Source of the DNA: Candidatus Bathyarchaeota archaeon
GTDB taxonomy: Archaea > Thermoproteota > Bathyarchaeia > Bathyarchaeales > Bathycorpusculaceae
Assembly: GCA_963770935.1 (NCBI GenBank)
Contig: CAVYRJ010000008.1
Span: 32,001 to 96,000 of the forward strand
Direction of reading: 5' to 3'
DNA: 64,000 nucleotides
Shown: positions 21,092-32,395 of the stretch, one piece after another
Layout of the letters: each line of letters begins with the position of its first letter
How positions within the stretch are numbered: the first letter of the stretch is position 1
Notes under the pieces: generated by a model
Databases searched by the model: none
The model's input: only the letters and a program-made list of their open reading frames with translations
What the model was told of the DNA's origin: nothing
Program-made: the position numbers and the translations under genes

Positions 21092-21676
21092 TTAGTATCT
21101 TGGTCTGTAACCGCCGCTGCCGCCACCGCGTCGATCTCCACCTCTACTGTCTCGACCGCCGCCGTAACCGCCACCACCGTATCCTCCGCCGCCACGTCTA
21201 TCTCTTCCGCCACCGTATCCTCCGCCTCCGCCGCCGAATCCGCGTCCGCCTCCTCTTCCGCCTCTAAATGGTCTGCGTTCTTGCTCGTATGTCTTGCTTG
21301 AAACGTTGTTTTCTGTGTTAACTTCCACTGTGAGTGGCTCTTTTGCTTGGTCGAGTTTACCGTATTTGCCAATGTTTAGGCGTATGTTGCCTTTGAAGAG
21401 TGTAACATACCCATTTTCTATGCGCACTGTGTCTGCTTCGTTGACTTTTTCAATGTTGTCGTCCCACAGTGTCAGGTATACAACGCCAGTTTCGTCGCCG
21501 ATGAGTGCATCGCTGACTTTGTGTGCAGATCCATCTCTGCCCATTGGAATTTCGCGTATTTCTGTTTTGGATACTACTTTGGCCGTAACGTTAACCGCTT
21601 TTGATTGTGGGGTTAAGTCTCCGACTTTTGCTTCTACTGGTTCCTTTTTGTTTTCGAAAAAACCTTCAACAGCCAA
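21092..21676 (-). CDS. ssb: Single-stranded DNA-binding protein (single OB fold) with Gly/Arg/Tyr-rich tail
   Basis: KVGDL..VNVTAKVV, ALIGDETG..LTLWD, IENGYV.LFKG..RLNIGKYG; RGG-rich C-terminus. Confidence 0.9.
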   Translation of the reverse strand: MAVEGFFENKKEPVEAKVGDLTPQSKAVNVTAKVVSKTEIREIPMGRDGSAHKVSDALIGDETGVVYLTLWDDNIEKVNEADTVRIENGYVTLFKGNIRLNIGKYGKLDQAKEPLTVEVNTENNVSSKTYEQERRPFRGGRGGGRGFGGGGGGYGGGRDRRGGGGYGGGGYGGGRDSRGGDRRGGGSGGYRPRY

Positions 21677-21803
21677 TTGATTTCACCTATTTTGTAATCT
21701 GAGACACAACTTAGCTTTCTCTACACTTAAGGGTTTCGCTTTGGATGACTTTTGGGATTTTAGCGTTTAGGATATAAACTTGCATGTGTATTTACGTCTC
21801 AAT

Positions 21804-22686
21804 ATGAAAAACCAGTATGTTGCAGTGGCCGTTTTTGTTTTAGCAGTGCTGGTAGTCGGCGCTTTAGCGTTTTCTTTATCTAGTTTAGCTCCTTTTAACG
21901 GTTCATCTCCAACTCCAACGCCGACCCAAACGCCTCCTCCAACTTCGGCTACGCCAACGATATCGCCTGCTCCAACACTAGACCCATCCACATCAAACGG
22001 TCCCACAATCTACACCTACAAAATAGTAAAAACCTATCGCCATGACCCCAGCGCCTTTACTGAAGGTTTAGTGTTTGACAACGGCGTTTTGTACGAGAGC
22101 ACTGGCTTAACGAGTTCTCTTCGGCGTGTGGATCTTGAAAGCGGCAACGTGCTGCAGAAAGTCAGTTTGTCTGAGGAATATTTTGGTGAAGGTTTAGCAG
22201 TTGTTAATGATTCACTGGTTCAGCTGACATGGCAAAACCAGATAGGTTTCATCTACGACAAATCCACATTTAGTTTGCTGGGTAATTTTAGTTATGACAC
22301 AGAGGGTTGGGGCTTAACTAACGATGGCAACCGATTAATCATGAGTGATGGATCCTCAAAACTGACTTTCCTAGACCCAATTACCTTTCAGAAAAATGGG
22401 CAAGTAATCGTCCATGACGGAAACAACGTCTATAACAAACATCAACGAACTGGAATATGTTAACGGAGACGTTTACGCCAACATTTGGCTGCAACAAAAA
22501 ATCGCCATCATAAACCCACAAAATGGAAATGTGAAAGGCTGGATTGACTTAACAGGAATCTACCAATCGCACAACATAGATGACGTTTTAAACGGAATTG
22601 CATATGACTCACAAAACAACAGACTCTTCATCACAGGCAAATACTGGCCAAACCTCTACCAAATAACAATAACCCCTAAAACATAG
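21804..22686 (+). CDS. Glutaminyl-peptide cyclotransferase (beta-propeller type), frameshift near 22430
   Basis: HDPSAFTEGL, YESTG, YFGEGL, QLTWQ, EGWGLT, INELEY, VLNGIAYD, TGKYWP; N-terminal anchor and Pro/Thr linker. Confidence 0.9.
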
Positions 22687-23151
22687 CATCTCAGAAAAAA
22701 CTTTTGAAGTCTCTAGAATGCGTGTGATAACAAGCCTGTGATAGGTTTTTGGGCATTTGTTTTGGGGTGGTTTTTTTAAAAAAAGGCTATTTAATCTTTG
22801 GTAAAAAGTTCGCACATGAATATTTCCAAAAAAAGTGGAGTTTAACGGTTTCTCCGCTTTTATTTTTTCTTCCACTTAATTTTTTGCAGGTCAAGTCTGA
22901 GCCTTATTGTTGCGTACAGCCCACCTAAGCGATGTCTTTGACCGCTGCAGATTTTATGCGCCGTTTTGAACCTGCAACTCAAAGCTAAGGTGCCACAACA
23001 CTATGCATGTTCAGCCCACTGAGGCAAAGTCTTAGTCGCGCACTAATATTTCGCTGTTTGAATCAGCACGCATCTATGCCTCAATGCATTGCATCTAAAG
23101 CTTGCTCCTTGACCTGCATATTCTACTTATCACTATCTTCATAATAAATAT

Positions 23152-23199
23152 TGCGACATTTGTGCTACATAATGAGACAAAAATGTCCCATTTGTAACA
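23152..23199. promoter_or_regulatory. Array of five phased TGNNNCA motifs
   Basis: TGCGACA 23152, TGCTACA 23163, TGAGACA 23173, TGTCCCA 23184, TGTAACA 23193; AATATATG immediately downstream. Confidence 0.4.
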
Positions 23200-23346
23200 T
23201 AAGAATATATGCTGGGAAACTAAAAGAATCGCTGTGACCAGTTTTTTCATATAAAAAAGAAATTTCACATTTTGGCAATTGAAAAATGTGTTATTTAGAA
23301 TTGGGTCGCGGTTTTGGTTGTTCAGTTTTCTTTATTTTTGAGGATC

Positions 23347-23511
23347 TTGGTTACTTCCACAAGCAGCATTGTTACAAGAACCGACGTTAAGAACGTGGTA
23401 GAACGTTATAGAACCATGCCAGGTTTGGGAAGCTACGACACAAGAATGGACTTCAACAATAACTACGGAGCAGAAATCGCTGAAATCTCAACAGTTGCCG
23501 CCAAGATGTAA
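23347..23511 (+). CDS. Small hypothetical protein (about 54 aa)
   Basis: TTG start after GAGGA; open frame followed by a T-rich terminator-like tract. Confidence 0.5.
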   Translation: MVTSTSSIVTRTDVKNVVERYRTMPGLGSYDTRMDFNNNYGAEIAEISTVAAKM

Positions 23512-23615
23512 GAAATTATGTGCCAAAATTTACCCTATTTTCTTTTGTTTTCTCTTGCTTCTAAACGGTTAAGTTAATACGTTTATTTTGCATAAGAAAT
23601 CTTTAGTGGCTAACG

Positions 23616-23798
23616 ATGGCTAACAAAGGAAAAAGTAGTGCAGCAACTGATACGCCCAAAGAAGTAGCGTTACCCTGTGGTTGCGTATACCAGGATAAAG
23701 GTTGGATGCTTACCCGAAGCAGCGAATGCGAATACCATAAACGAAAAAGAACCACAAAGCGTCCGTACAGGCCTAAAGCTGAATGCGTAAGACCATAA
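23616..23798 (+). CDS. Small basic putative zinc-binding protein
   Basis: LPCGC..C.YH motif, Lys/Arg-rich tail, T-run terminator at about 23820. Confidence 0.6.
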   Translation: MANKGKSSAATDTPKEVALPCGCVYQDKGWMLTRSSECEYHKRKRTTKRPYRPKAECVRP

Positions 23799-23983
23799 AA
23801 AGGAAATGCTACATTCGCGTTTTTTTTTAGTTAATGGTTAATCAAGTAATCGTTTGATTTACATCTATTTTGAGGGGTCCAAGCAGCGAAACAAGTGCTC
23901 AAGCAAACTATTGACACCTTAGAATCCTTTTGTTGCAAGTTTTCCACAATCCATTTAACCATCAAAACCAATTCCTAAGCACC

Positions 23984-25080
23984 ATGACATTTCCCCAATC
24001 GTCTCCTGCACTTAAGACGCAAAGTTCCGCAAAAAGAATCCTAAAAATTCTCCTTCAAGTAGTATTCATGGTTGCTATTTTCGCCGCTTTGCTTTGGTAT
24101 GTCGGAATAGGTTCACTGTATGATGCATTACTCACCATAAAGGCGAGTACTTGCTTCTTGCTTTTCTAATGTATTTTGGAATAAATCTCCTCTTTACTGT
24201 AAGGCTCAGACGCGTCCTAAGCAAAGACGGAGTAAAAACGTCTTTTGGAAAAACACTTCTTGCCCAATATGCAGGAATGTTAACCAGCGATGTAACCCCC
24301 GGACGCTCAGGATACATCCTAACTCCAGTTTACCTACGAGACCAAAATGTGCCTGCGTCAAAAGGTCTTTCAAGTATTTTAGGTATACAAACCATAGAGT
24401 TTTTAGTGAAAGTAATCGGTGGAGTAGGCGCAGTAATTTATTTAGTCACATATGTACCTACAGCGACGTGGAATGAATTATTTCCCCAAACAGTTGCAGG
24501 GATAAATGTGGGGTTGCTAGTCGCGGGATTAGGTATAGCGTTAATGCTTGTAGGAGCTATTGTGCTCGCGCTTTTCACGTGGTCCCAGAGAGCCATTTCA
24601 GTTTTTGACCGCATCGCAAATTCCAGATACCTTAAAAGGTTTACAGGCGGCTTGATGGGGAAACTTGGAGAATACAAAGAAAGCTCCCATAGTACCCGAA
24701 GAGCTATTCCGGAGATAATTATCTTAACATTCGCATGTTGGCTTCTGAAAGGCTTGGAATGGTACTTCCTTGGGTTAGCGTTAGGAATTATCCATATACC
24801 TTGGATAGCTTACTTTTTGATTCACCCGTTAGTGACAGCATTAGCATTTGTCCCTATAACCCCCGCTGGAGCTGGCGTGCAAGAATTTGGAATCATCGGA
24901 ATCCTTGGACTTCTCGGAGTTGCGGCTGGCCCCGCAGGCGTATTTGCATTGCTTGCTCGCGGATTACTCATCTTTGAAGACCTCGTAGGAATACCCCAAA
25001 TTGTAAAATCTACAAGCCTAATCATTACACACAAAAAACCTCAAGAAACAACACTGCCGCCCTCAGCACCGCCACTTTAA
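23984..25080 (+). CDS. Lysylphosphatidylglycerol synthase TM-region / UPF0104 flippase-like protein, frameshift near 24150
   Basis: Multi-TM; SDVTPGRSG and FVPITPAGAGVQEFG motifs. Confidence 0.85.
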
Positions 25081-25274
25081 CCAGACGTCTTCTCTAAGAC
25101 AACTTTTTTCTTTTCGACAACTAATAGTCAGTCCCGTAAAAACCTTTGATAACTAAGCACTAAATAACACGTTGGTAGCATTATTTTTCTTGAATATGAA
25201 AGGCAGTAATTGATCAAAATAAATTAAGGAATTAAAGGGACTGAGCATTTAGTTATCAAAGGGAGCAGCCCAAA

Positions 25275-25765
25275 GTGAACATTAAACCAACAATAATGCA
25301 AGCTACAATGGATGATCGGGCACAACTAAAAGTAATAATTGGCTTGTGGTTTCCAAGGTTCTTCAGATACTTTGCAAGCAACAGTCTAAATTCAGAAGAA
25401 GGAAAAGTGCGCGTAGCCGTAACTCAGGGCGCAATCTCGGGTTTTGCTAAACTCATCAAATTCAATGTAGGTCTAAGCAAATATGGCTGTGTTCTCTGGA
25501 TTGCGGTTCACCCTTCTTATCGGCGCAGAGGAATTGCTCTTAGCTTTAACAAACGCAGGTACAGAATACCTGAAAAGAGATGGACACAAGCGGTTTTTGC
25601 TTCCACCCAGAGAAAAAATACCACTGATTTGGCGACATTGGGCAAAGCAAGTTTTAGGCGGATAGGTTTTGTGGGTTTATGGCGAGCGTTTGGTTGGCGT
25701 GTATTTAGCTTTTACCGTGAGATTTGGTATGCCCAGGCGAAATAGTATTGATGAAGAATTTTTAA
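25275..25765 (+). CDS. GNAT family N-acetyltransferase, frameshifted (possible pseudogene)
   Basis: WIAVHPSYRRRGIA acetyl-CoA motif; the continuation LALTNAGTEYLKRDG lies in another frame. Confidence 0.7.
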
Positions 25766-25774
25766 GAAGTTAGT

Positions 25775-25928
25775 TGGTCGGGAGAGCAGGATTTGAACCT
25801 GCGACAGCTCGGTATCTGTGGCCTAGACAGGCTAGAATGAAGCCTACCATGGGTAGACCTCTACAGCTTCTCCACCAGCTAAGCGTGTTAGCCGGCTCGA
25901 GAGCTCTGCCAGGCTGAGCTACCTCCCG
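25775..25928 (-). tRNA. tRNA-Tyr(GTA) with two introns (30 nt in the anticodon stem at about 30/31; 47 nt at canonical 37/38)
   Basis: Removing 25897-25868 and 25860-25814 leaves a 77-nt cloverleaf with C1:G72, A73, anticodon arm CTCGG-CT-GTA-GA-CCGAG and encoded CCA. Confidence 0.92.
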
Positions 25929-26049
25929 ACAAAGACCATAAAGACAAAAGATTGGAATTTATGTGTTTTGGAATTGCTTTAACGTTCTATGTACTAAAAG
26001 TTTTAATCTTTTAGTTATAGTGATTCTAACTAAAAGAGGCGCAGTTAAA

Positions 26050-27015
26050 ATGGCAAAGACTATCGGCATTGTTACTTCGGGAGGAGACGCACCAGGCATG
26101 AACGCAGCCATCCGCGCAGTAACGCGTGTTGGGTACTCGATGGGTTTCCAAGTAATTGGGTTTGAACGCGGCTGGGATGGACTGCTATCTAATTCTTTCA
26201 AAAAGTTAACTCCGCGCAGCGTCGGCGGCATAATCCAGCTTGGAGGCACAATACTTCATACTTTGAGGTGCCCTGCATTCGAGCAGCCTGGCGGCGTTGA
26301 AACAGGCGCAGAAACCCTGCGAGAAAACAATGTAGATGCCTTAGTAGTCATTGGCGGTGACGGTTCGTTTCGGGGAGCGTTGGCTCTGGGCAAGAAAAGT
26401 GACGCTTTATTGCTTGGTATTCCAGCAACCATCGACAACGACGTTTACGGCACGGATGAAACAATCGGCTTTGACACAGCAGTTAACACAGCTGTGGGCA
26501 CTATCGACAAAATCAGGGACACAGCGATTTCTCACGAACGGATTTTTATTGTTGAGGTTATGGGTCGCAAAAGAGGCTTTTTGGCGCTGGAAGTGGGAAT
26601 GTGTGTGGGCGCTGAAGTAATTTTGATTCCAGAAAAACCCCTTGGCTTAACGGATATAGTAAGCATTATGGATAATAACTCCAAAAAAGGCAAAAGAGCA
26701 GGCATAATCGTTGCCGCCGAAGGACACGGTGACTCAAGCAAATTGGCACAGGAAATGCAGCAACAAACAGAATCCGAAGTTAGGCTATCCATACTTGGCT
26801 ATGCACAGCGTGGCGGAAGCCCGACTGCCCGTAGTAGGTTGTTGGCTAGTTTGTTTGCTGAGAGAGCGGTTGAATTGATTTGCGAAGGAAAAGGCAATAT
26901 GGCTGTTGGGTTGGAGAAGGGCGCAGTCGCCAACATTGAGCTTGGCTTGGCTGCAAATAATCGGAAGCGTTTGGATTTGCGGTTGTTAAAAGTAGCAGAA
27001 ATGCTCTCGATCTAA
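26050..27015 (+). CDS. pfkA: ATP-dependent 6-phosphofructokinase (bacterial PfkA type)
   Basis: TSGGDAPGMNAAIRAV, GGDGS, PATIDND, GFDTA, EVMGR, LGYAQRGG. Confidence 0.95.
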   Translation: MAKTIGIVTSGGDAPGMNAAIRAVTRVGYSMGFQVIGFERGWDGLLSNSFKKLTPRSVGGIIQLGGTILHTLRCPAFEQPGGVETGAETLRENNVDALVVIGGDGSFRGALALGKKSDALLLGIPATIDNDVYGTDETIGFDTAVNTAVGTIDKIRDTAISHERIFIVEVMGRKRGFLALEVGMCVGAEVILIPEKPLGLTDIVSIMDNNSKKGKRAGIIVAAEGHGDSSKLAQEMQQQTESEVRLSILGYAQRGGSPTARSRLLASLFAERAVELICEGKGNMAVGLEKGAVANIELGLAANNRKRLDLRLLKVAEMLSI

Positions 27016-27264
27016 CCATTCTTTCGGGTTTTTTCTAAGTTTTCAAGTTTACAGCAGTGACTCGTAGATTTTGGAATGTTTCCTCGGCAACTTTTCGTCA
27101 AGTGAAGTATTCAAGCACTCTTCGCCGGCCATTTTCGCCCCAATTCTTGGCTTTCTCAGGATTCCTTAATGTTTCTTTTACGCCCCAAGCTAAGTCCTCT
27201 GGATCTTCACCGTTAATATGAATACTATTCTGGTCAACGCCGCCGTTCACAACTTGTTCTTTAA

Positions 27265-27650
27265 AGCCTTTGTGTGGGATCGCCCTCGATTGAGTGGCAA
27301 CCCGCTAAACCAATGGCTGATTTGCTGAAGGCTAAATTGAACCAGTATCGTAACCAAGGAAAGATTAAGCCTTGCGCTCCAAAAGTTGTGGGCAAAAATG
27401 TTTGGTTTTTTGCACCTATTCAGGGCCGCACACGGGCATTGATGAGGCAACACCTGCGGGCAAAATCATGAGGCAGTACTTTGAACATTTCGGCTTTCAC
27501 GTACTTGGAGAATGGTATGTTCCGCGCGAGTTTCATGGACGAGAAGACATGGGCACTCAGGGTAGGTTCGGCGACATCCGAGGCAAACCGACGAATGGTG
27601 AGTTGGATAAAATTAAAAAGGATGCCCAACAAATAGCTAAGAGTTTGTAA
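27265..27650 (+). pseudogene. Flavodoxin-like protein, 5'-truncated and frameshifted
   Basis: CVGSPS..W.P and VFCTYSGPHTG..EA..AG, RGKP...EL motifs in two frames; the N-terminal FMN loop is not evident. Confidence 0.6.
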
Positions 27651-27666
27651 TTAGAGTGGGATTGGT

Positions 27667-27948
27667 ATGACAAAGACTGTTGATTTGCCCCTGCGAGTTC
27701 ATGAGGATTTAGTTAAAGTTTCTGAGGAGCTATCTTTGATGGCTAAAAAACCCATTTCGCTGTCGATGGCTGTTGATTTGCTTATGGAGATTTACCGCGC
27801 GTACCTCAACAACCCATGCGCGCTGGATGCATTTAGTCAACAACTAAGAAGCCTAAATATCATGCCCCCAGAAGAATTTGACAAGTACTGGGATGAACCA
27901 GCAAAAACCAAAAAAATAAAGCAAACAGCAAAAAACAAAAAAGGGTAA
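27667..27948 (+). CDS. Small putative DNA-binding (RHH-like) hypothetical protein
   Basis: KTVDLP..VHEDL..ISLSMAVDLL strand-helix-helix pattern. Confidence 0.65.
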   Translation: MTKTVDLPLRVHEDLVKVSEELSLMAKKPISLSMAVDLLMEIYRAYLNNPCALDAFSQQLRSLNIMPPEEFDKYWDEPAKTKKIKQTAKNKKG

Positions 27949-28061
27949 CCCTATTTCAGCTTAACCTTAAAAGGTCAAAGTGTGCCCAAAAAATCCCAGC
28001 GATTTCCGCATGACCAAAAACCTTCTCTTAAAGTTTAAAGGCTTTTCTTTTCTATAATGTA

Positions 28062-30456
28062 TTGGGATTGCTTGTGAAAGTATCTTTTTGGCTACTAGAC
28101 ATTAACCCTAAAATCGATGAGGACAAAGGCACACTTGAGATATGGCTGTGGGGAATCGATACATCAGGCAATCGAGTGCTCGTTGTTGACCGCAATTTTA
28201 TTGCTTATTTTTATGCTGTGGTGGCTGAAGGGGTTGATTCGTCGAAAGTTGCTGACTCAATCATGAACTGTTATGGCAAATCAATTGTGAAGGTAGAAGT
28301 TACCAAGCGTCGTTTTTTTGGCAAAACCGTGCAAGCAGTAAAGGTCTACTGCAAAGTCGCAACCGAAACAGGGAAACTTGCCAAGCAACTTCGAAGCATC
28401 GAAGGGGTGAAAGACTGCCTCGAAGACGACATTCGCGCCTCCATGAGATACTTAATTGATAACAACGTGACACCCTGCAGTTGGCATGAGGCGGATGTGG
28501 CAGAACAAGAAAACACCGAAGGGGTAAGAGTTGCCAAGGTTTATGCGGCTAAAACTCCGCCCAAGCAACTCGACAAAGTCGCGGTGCCGTCTTTGAGGAT
28601 TCTGGGTTTTTCAATGATTTGTTACAGTCGCGAGGGCTCACCTAAACCGGACCGCAATCCTGTCCTAATTATTTCCACCTCAGCTAGCAACGGAGAAACA
28701 AAGCAGTTCATCGTAAACGATGACAAAAACGACCAAACAGTAATTGAAGAATTCATCGCTTACATTTGCCAGTTTGACCCAGACATCATCGCAAGCTACG
28801 GCGCCAACACTAGTCGATTGGACTTATCTTCGAGGCAGAAGCCACAAGTTAAAATTGAAACTTGCCTTTGACAGAGCCAAACGGGAACCTCACACCAGCA
28901 TTTATGGGCACGTCTCCACAACCGGTACCGTAAACATTGACTTGGCAGACTTCATGGATGTGTTCCCCGAAGTTAAAGTGAAAACGCTTTGGAACCTTGC
29001 TGACCACTTAGGTGTCATGACAGAGCGTAAAAGTATAGTAGAGGATGTTGAGTTTGCGGATTACTGGGATAACAAACAAAAACGTGAAGAGTTAAAGCGG
29101 TTCGGTTTTGACAGCGCCTGCAAAGTTCAGGGTAGCGCGGCGTTGCTTTTGGATTTTGCCATGCAACTTTCCAGTTTGACTAGCTTGCCTTTAGATCACG
29201 TGATGACGGCTGCTGTGGGCTTCCGCGTGGAGTGGTTCCTAATCAAACAGGCGCAAAAAATCGGCGAGCTAATCCCCAAACGAATCGAGCAGCCCTACAG
29301 ACCTTATGCTGGGGGACTTGTGCTTTCTCCAAAGCCTGGTTTGCATGAGAACATCTCAGTTTTAGACTTCAAATCAATGTACCCAAATATCATGATAAAA
29401 TACAACCTCTCCCCAGACACCTACATTGCACCCGACGAGCCAGAACCAGCAGACGGAGCCTACGAAGCCCCCGAAGTAAAACATAAATTCTGTAAAGCAC
29501 CCCCTGGGTTCTACAAAGAAGCCCTTACATACCTAATCAACGTACGAGATACAATTCGTCAACGGATGAAGACCCTCAACCAAAAGACCGTTGAATATCG
29601 AATTTTGGATGCAAGGCAAAAAGCAGTCAAAATAATAACGAATGCTGCTTACGGTTATGCTGGCTGGATTGGGGCAAAATGGTATATTAAGCCTGTCGCT
29701 GAAGCTGCTTCCGCATGGGGCAGGCACGCCATTTTATCAGCTACAGAGATGGCTGAGAAAGCAGGTTTACGAGTTGTTTACGGCGATACAGATAGTTTAT
29801 TCCTAAATTATGACCAAACCAAAGTTCAAAAGTTGGTAGAAGAAATTAAACGGGAGCTAAAATTAGAAGTTGAAGTCGGAGAGGTCTACAGGCGTATTTT
29901 TTTTACGGAAGCTAAAAAACGCTATGCAGGCTTAAGGGAGGACGGCAGCCTTGACATCGTGGGCTTAGAGGTTATTCGCGGTGACTGGGCGGAAGTAGCT
30001 AAAAAAGTGCAGGAGCACGTTCTTGAAATAATTCTAAAAGGGCAGTCACCCAAGAAAGCAATTGATTACGTGCGTTCTGTGATTGCGGACTTGAAACACC
30101 GAAAAGTCCCCTTACATGACCTCATAATTTGGAAAACCCTCACAAAACCGCCTGAAGACTACGCAATAAAAGCGCCGCATGTTGAGGCATCAAAAATGCT
30201 CAAAGAAAAAGGCTGGCGACTAACCGGCGGCGACAAAGTAGGTTACGTAATCTTGATGGGCAAAGGACGTTTATACAGCCGAGTGAAACCTTACGTTTTT
30301 GCAAAATACGATGAATTAGATGTCGATTACTATATAACCAACCAGGTCCTGCCTGCAGCCGTAAGAATACTATCCTTCTTTGACGTAACAGAAGCTGAGC
30401 TGCTAAAAGAAACCAAAGACACAGAAGAAGTTACAAGCCTAATGGATTATGTTTAG
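28062..30456 (+). CDS. polB: Family B DNA polymerase (PolB3-like), frameshift near 28810
   Basis: LDFKSMYP, KIITNAAYGY, YGDTDS, KKRYAG motifs; N-terminal domain in the upstream frame. Confidence 0.95.
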
Positions 30457-31634
30457 GCTGGCGGAATGGCGTCTTTGAACGTTATCAATTCAACATTTAG
30501 TACTGGCTTAACTGCTTCAGAGATGCGCGAGGCAACGATTCGTTTGATGTTCTTGTCGGCTGCGATGTCGACAATTCTCTGTGTGATGATGCCGTCAAAA
30601 ACAACTGTGTCAACGCCAGTTACCTGAGCAAGCTTCTCTGCTAGCTGGCTTACTGGTAGACGCTCGATTAATTCAAGTTTGTCGTTAAGCAAGACTGCTT
30701 CAAGGGTACCTACCAAAGCTTTTGCCGCTTGAGTAATGGTGTCTGGCACTTCAACTTTAACTCGTTCAGGCACCTGTACTACCTTCTTTGGAAGTGCTGG
30801 TGGCGCGGTTTTGCCGCCTGCTTCAGCGATCGGTAACTTGTTTTCTAGGGCTTCAGCGATTTCTTTGCAGTTGCATTCCTCAATTTCTTTACCTCTTGGT
30901 GCACGCCCGACAAACTTTACGTTTGTCACCTGCATGAGCTCTTTTAAGATCAAGTCGCCACCTCGGTCACCATCAAGCAACGCTATAGCAGGTCTTTCTT
31001 TTGTTATCTTCTTTATCGAGTCAGGAACCTTGGCGCCTTCAAGGGCAACAGTGTTAAAAATTCCACACCGCATCAAATTAATGACGTCAGCGCGTCCTTC
31101 AACAACGATGATTTCTTTAGCTCCATCCAATCCTGGTCCAGCAGGCAAATCTTCGGGTCCATACTTTTCTACTTTACCCACTTTCATAGTGTCGCTAATT
31201 TCTTTGTAAACCTCGTCTACGCTTGGCATGGATTCAATATTCCATCGGTGAAGAATTTCTTTGGCGCGGTCGATGATTATTTTTCGGCGTGCTTCCCGAA
31301 TGTCCTCGATTTTTTCAAGGGTTACTTTGGCTGAGCAGGGTCCGACACGGTTGATGCTCTCGACGCTGGCTGCGATTAGAGCTGTAGAAACGCGGTCTAA
31401 GCTGGTTGGAATTGTTATGGAACCAGTTGTTCGGTCGTTTTTTGAGTGCAAGTCAATTTCGATTCTACCAATACGTCCAGTTTTTTGGAGTTCTCGCAGG
31501 TCAAGTTCAGGGCCGAAAAGTCCTTCTGTTTGACCGAAAACTGCTCCTATAACGTCGGGTTTTTCAACTACACCTTCAATTTCAAATCTAGCATGTACAA
31601 CGTACTTTATAGTAAATGTTTGGGATGTTCCCGT
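30453..31634 (-). CDS. dnaG: Archaeal DnaG (bacterial-type primase homolog / exosome-associated)
   Basis: GVVEKPDVIGAVFGQTEGLFG..LDLRELQKTGRIGRI; TOPRIM VVEGRADV and DGDRGG; start uncertain (ACG at 31634 or ATG at 31751). Confidence 0.95.
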   Translation of the reverse strand, partial: TGTSQTFTIKYVVHARFEIEGVVEKPDVIGAVFGQTEGLFGPELDLRELQKTGRIGRIEIDLHSKNDRTTGSITIPTSLDRVSTALIAASVESINRVGPCSAKVTLEKIEDIREARRKIIIDRAKEILHRWNIESMPSVDEVYKEISDTMKVGKVEKYGPEDLPAGPGLDGAKEIIVVEGRADVINLMRCGIFNTVALEGAKVPDSIKKITKERPAIALLDGDRGGDLILKELMQVTNVKFVGRAPRGKEIEECNCKEIAEALENKLPIAEAGGKTAPPALPKKVVQVPERVKVEVPDTITQAAKALVGTLEAVLLNDKLELIERLPVSQLAEKLAQVTGVDTVVFDGIITQRIVDIAADKNIKRIVASRISEAVKPVLNVELITFKDAIPPA

Positions 31635-32395
31635 AAGTATGCAACTCCTATTGTAAGTTATATTCTGTCTGATTATGTTAATCGCACTATAGCGAGTTCT
31701 TCTCGCAATGATGAGATTTTGATTTATTACTAATTTAGAATTTAGCTGCATGCTTTCTAATAATACTTGTGGTTTATAGATTCTGGAACTAAATTCATAC
31801 TTTTCAGAATGTTGAAAGGATTTTCAGTTCCCTTTCTTTTTTTATTTCTAATCAGGTCAATTTTCCCCCGATAACTTGCTCAGGTGAAGTCAGAGAATTA
31901 ATTTCCCAAGAAAGAAGCGGCAAGGTCATTTATGCGCACTTTTAGAAATTGTCCCTTCGTAAAACTTTACTTGCTTAAACAATTGCAGATACTTTGCCAC
32001 ATAAGAATAGATTCCAAACCGTAAAGCCGATAGCTAAGACCCATCGCTTACCTCTCATTAACCTTATAAAAAACGACACTATTAGCATCTCATATTCCAT
32101 TATCCGAATAGGGTAAAGGAAGAGAGAGGGGGAAATAGAAAATAAGTCAAAACGAGAAAAGAATTGAAATTAGTGATAGAAGAAACTATAGAATAGACAT
32201 AGGCGCTTATGGCAGCATAGGCATAGAAGCTCCAACAAAAGAAGAATGTTTAGAGCTATTCAAGGAAGTAACAAGAACCAAACGACATTCAAGCATAGAT
32301 GAAGCCATAAGATAACTTGAGCGGCAATTTTTTTCCGCTATATGTCTTACTTTAGAGTTTTTGATTTGCTGCTAACTCTATACTCAGACTGTAAA

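Noticed and set aside
21007-21680. Alternative-frame and antisense ORFs over ssb
   Set aside because: Shadows of the GC-rich Gly-repeat coding sequence
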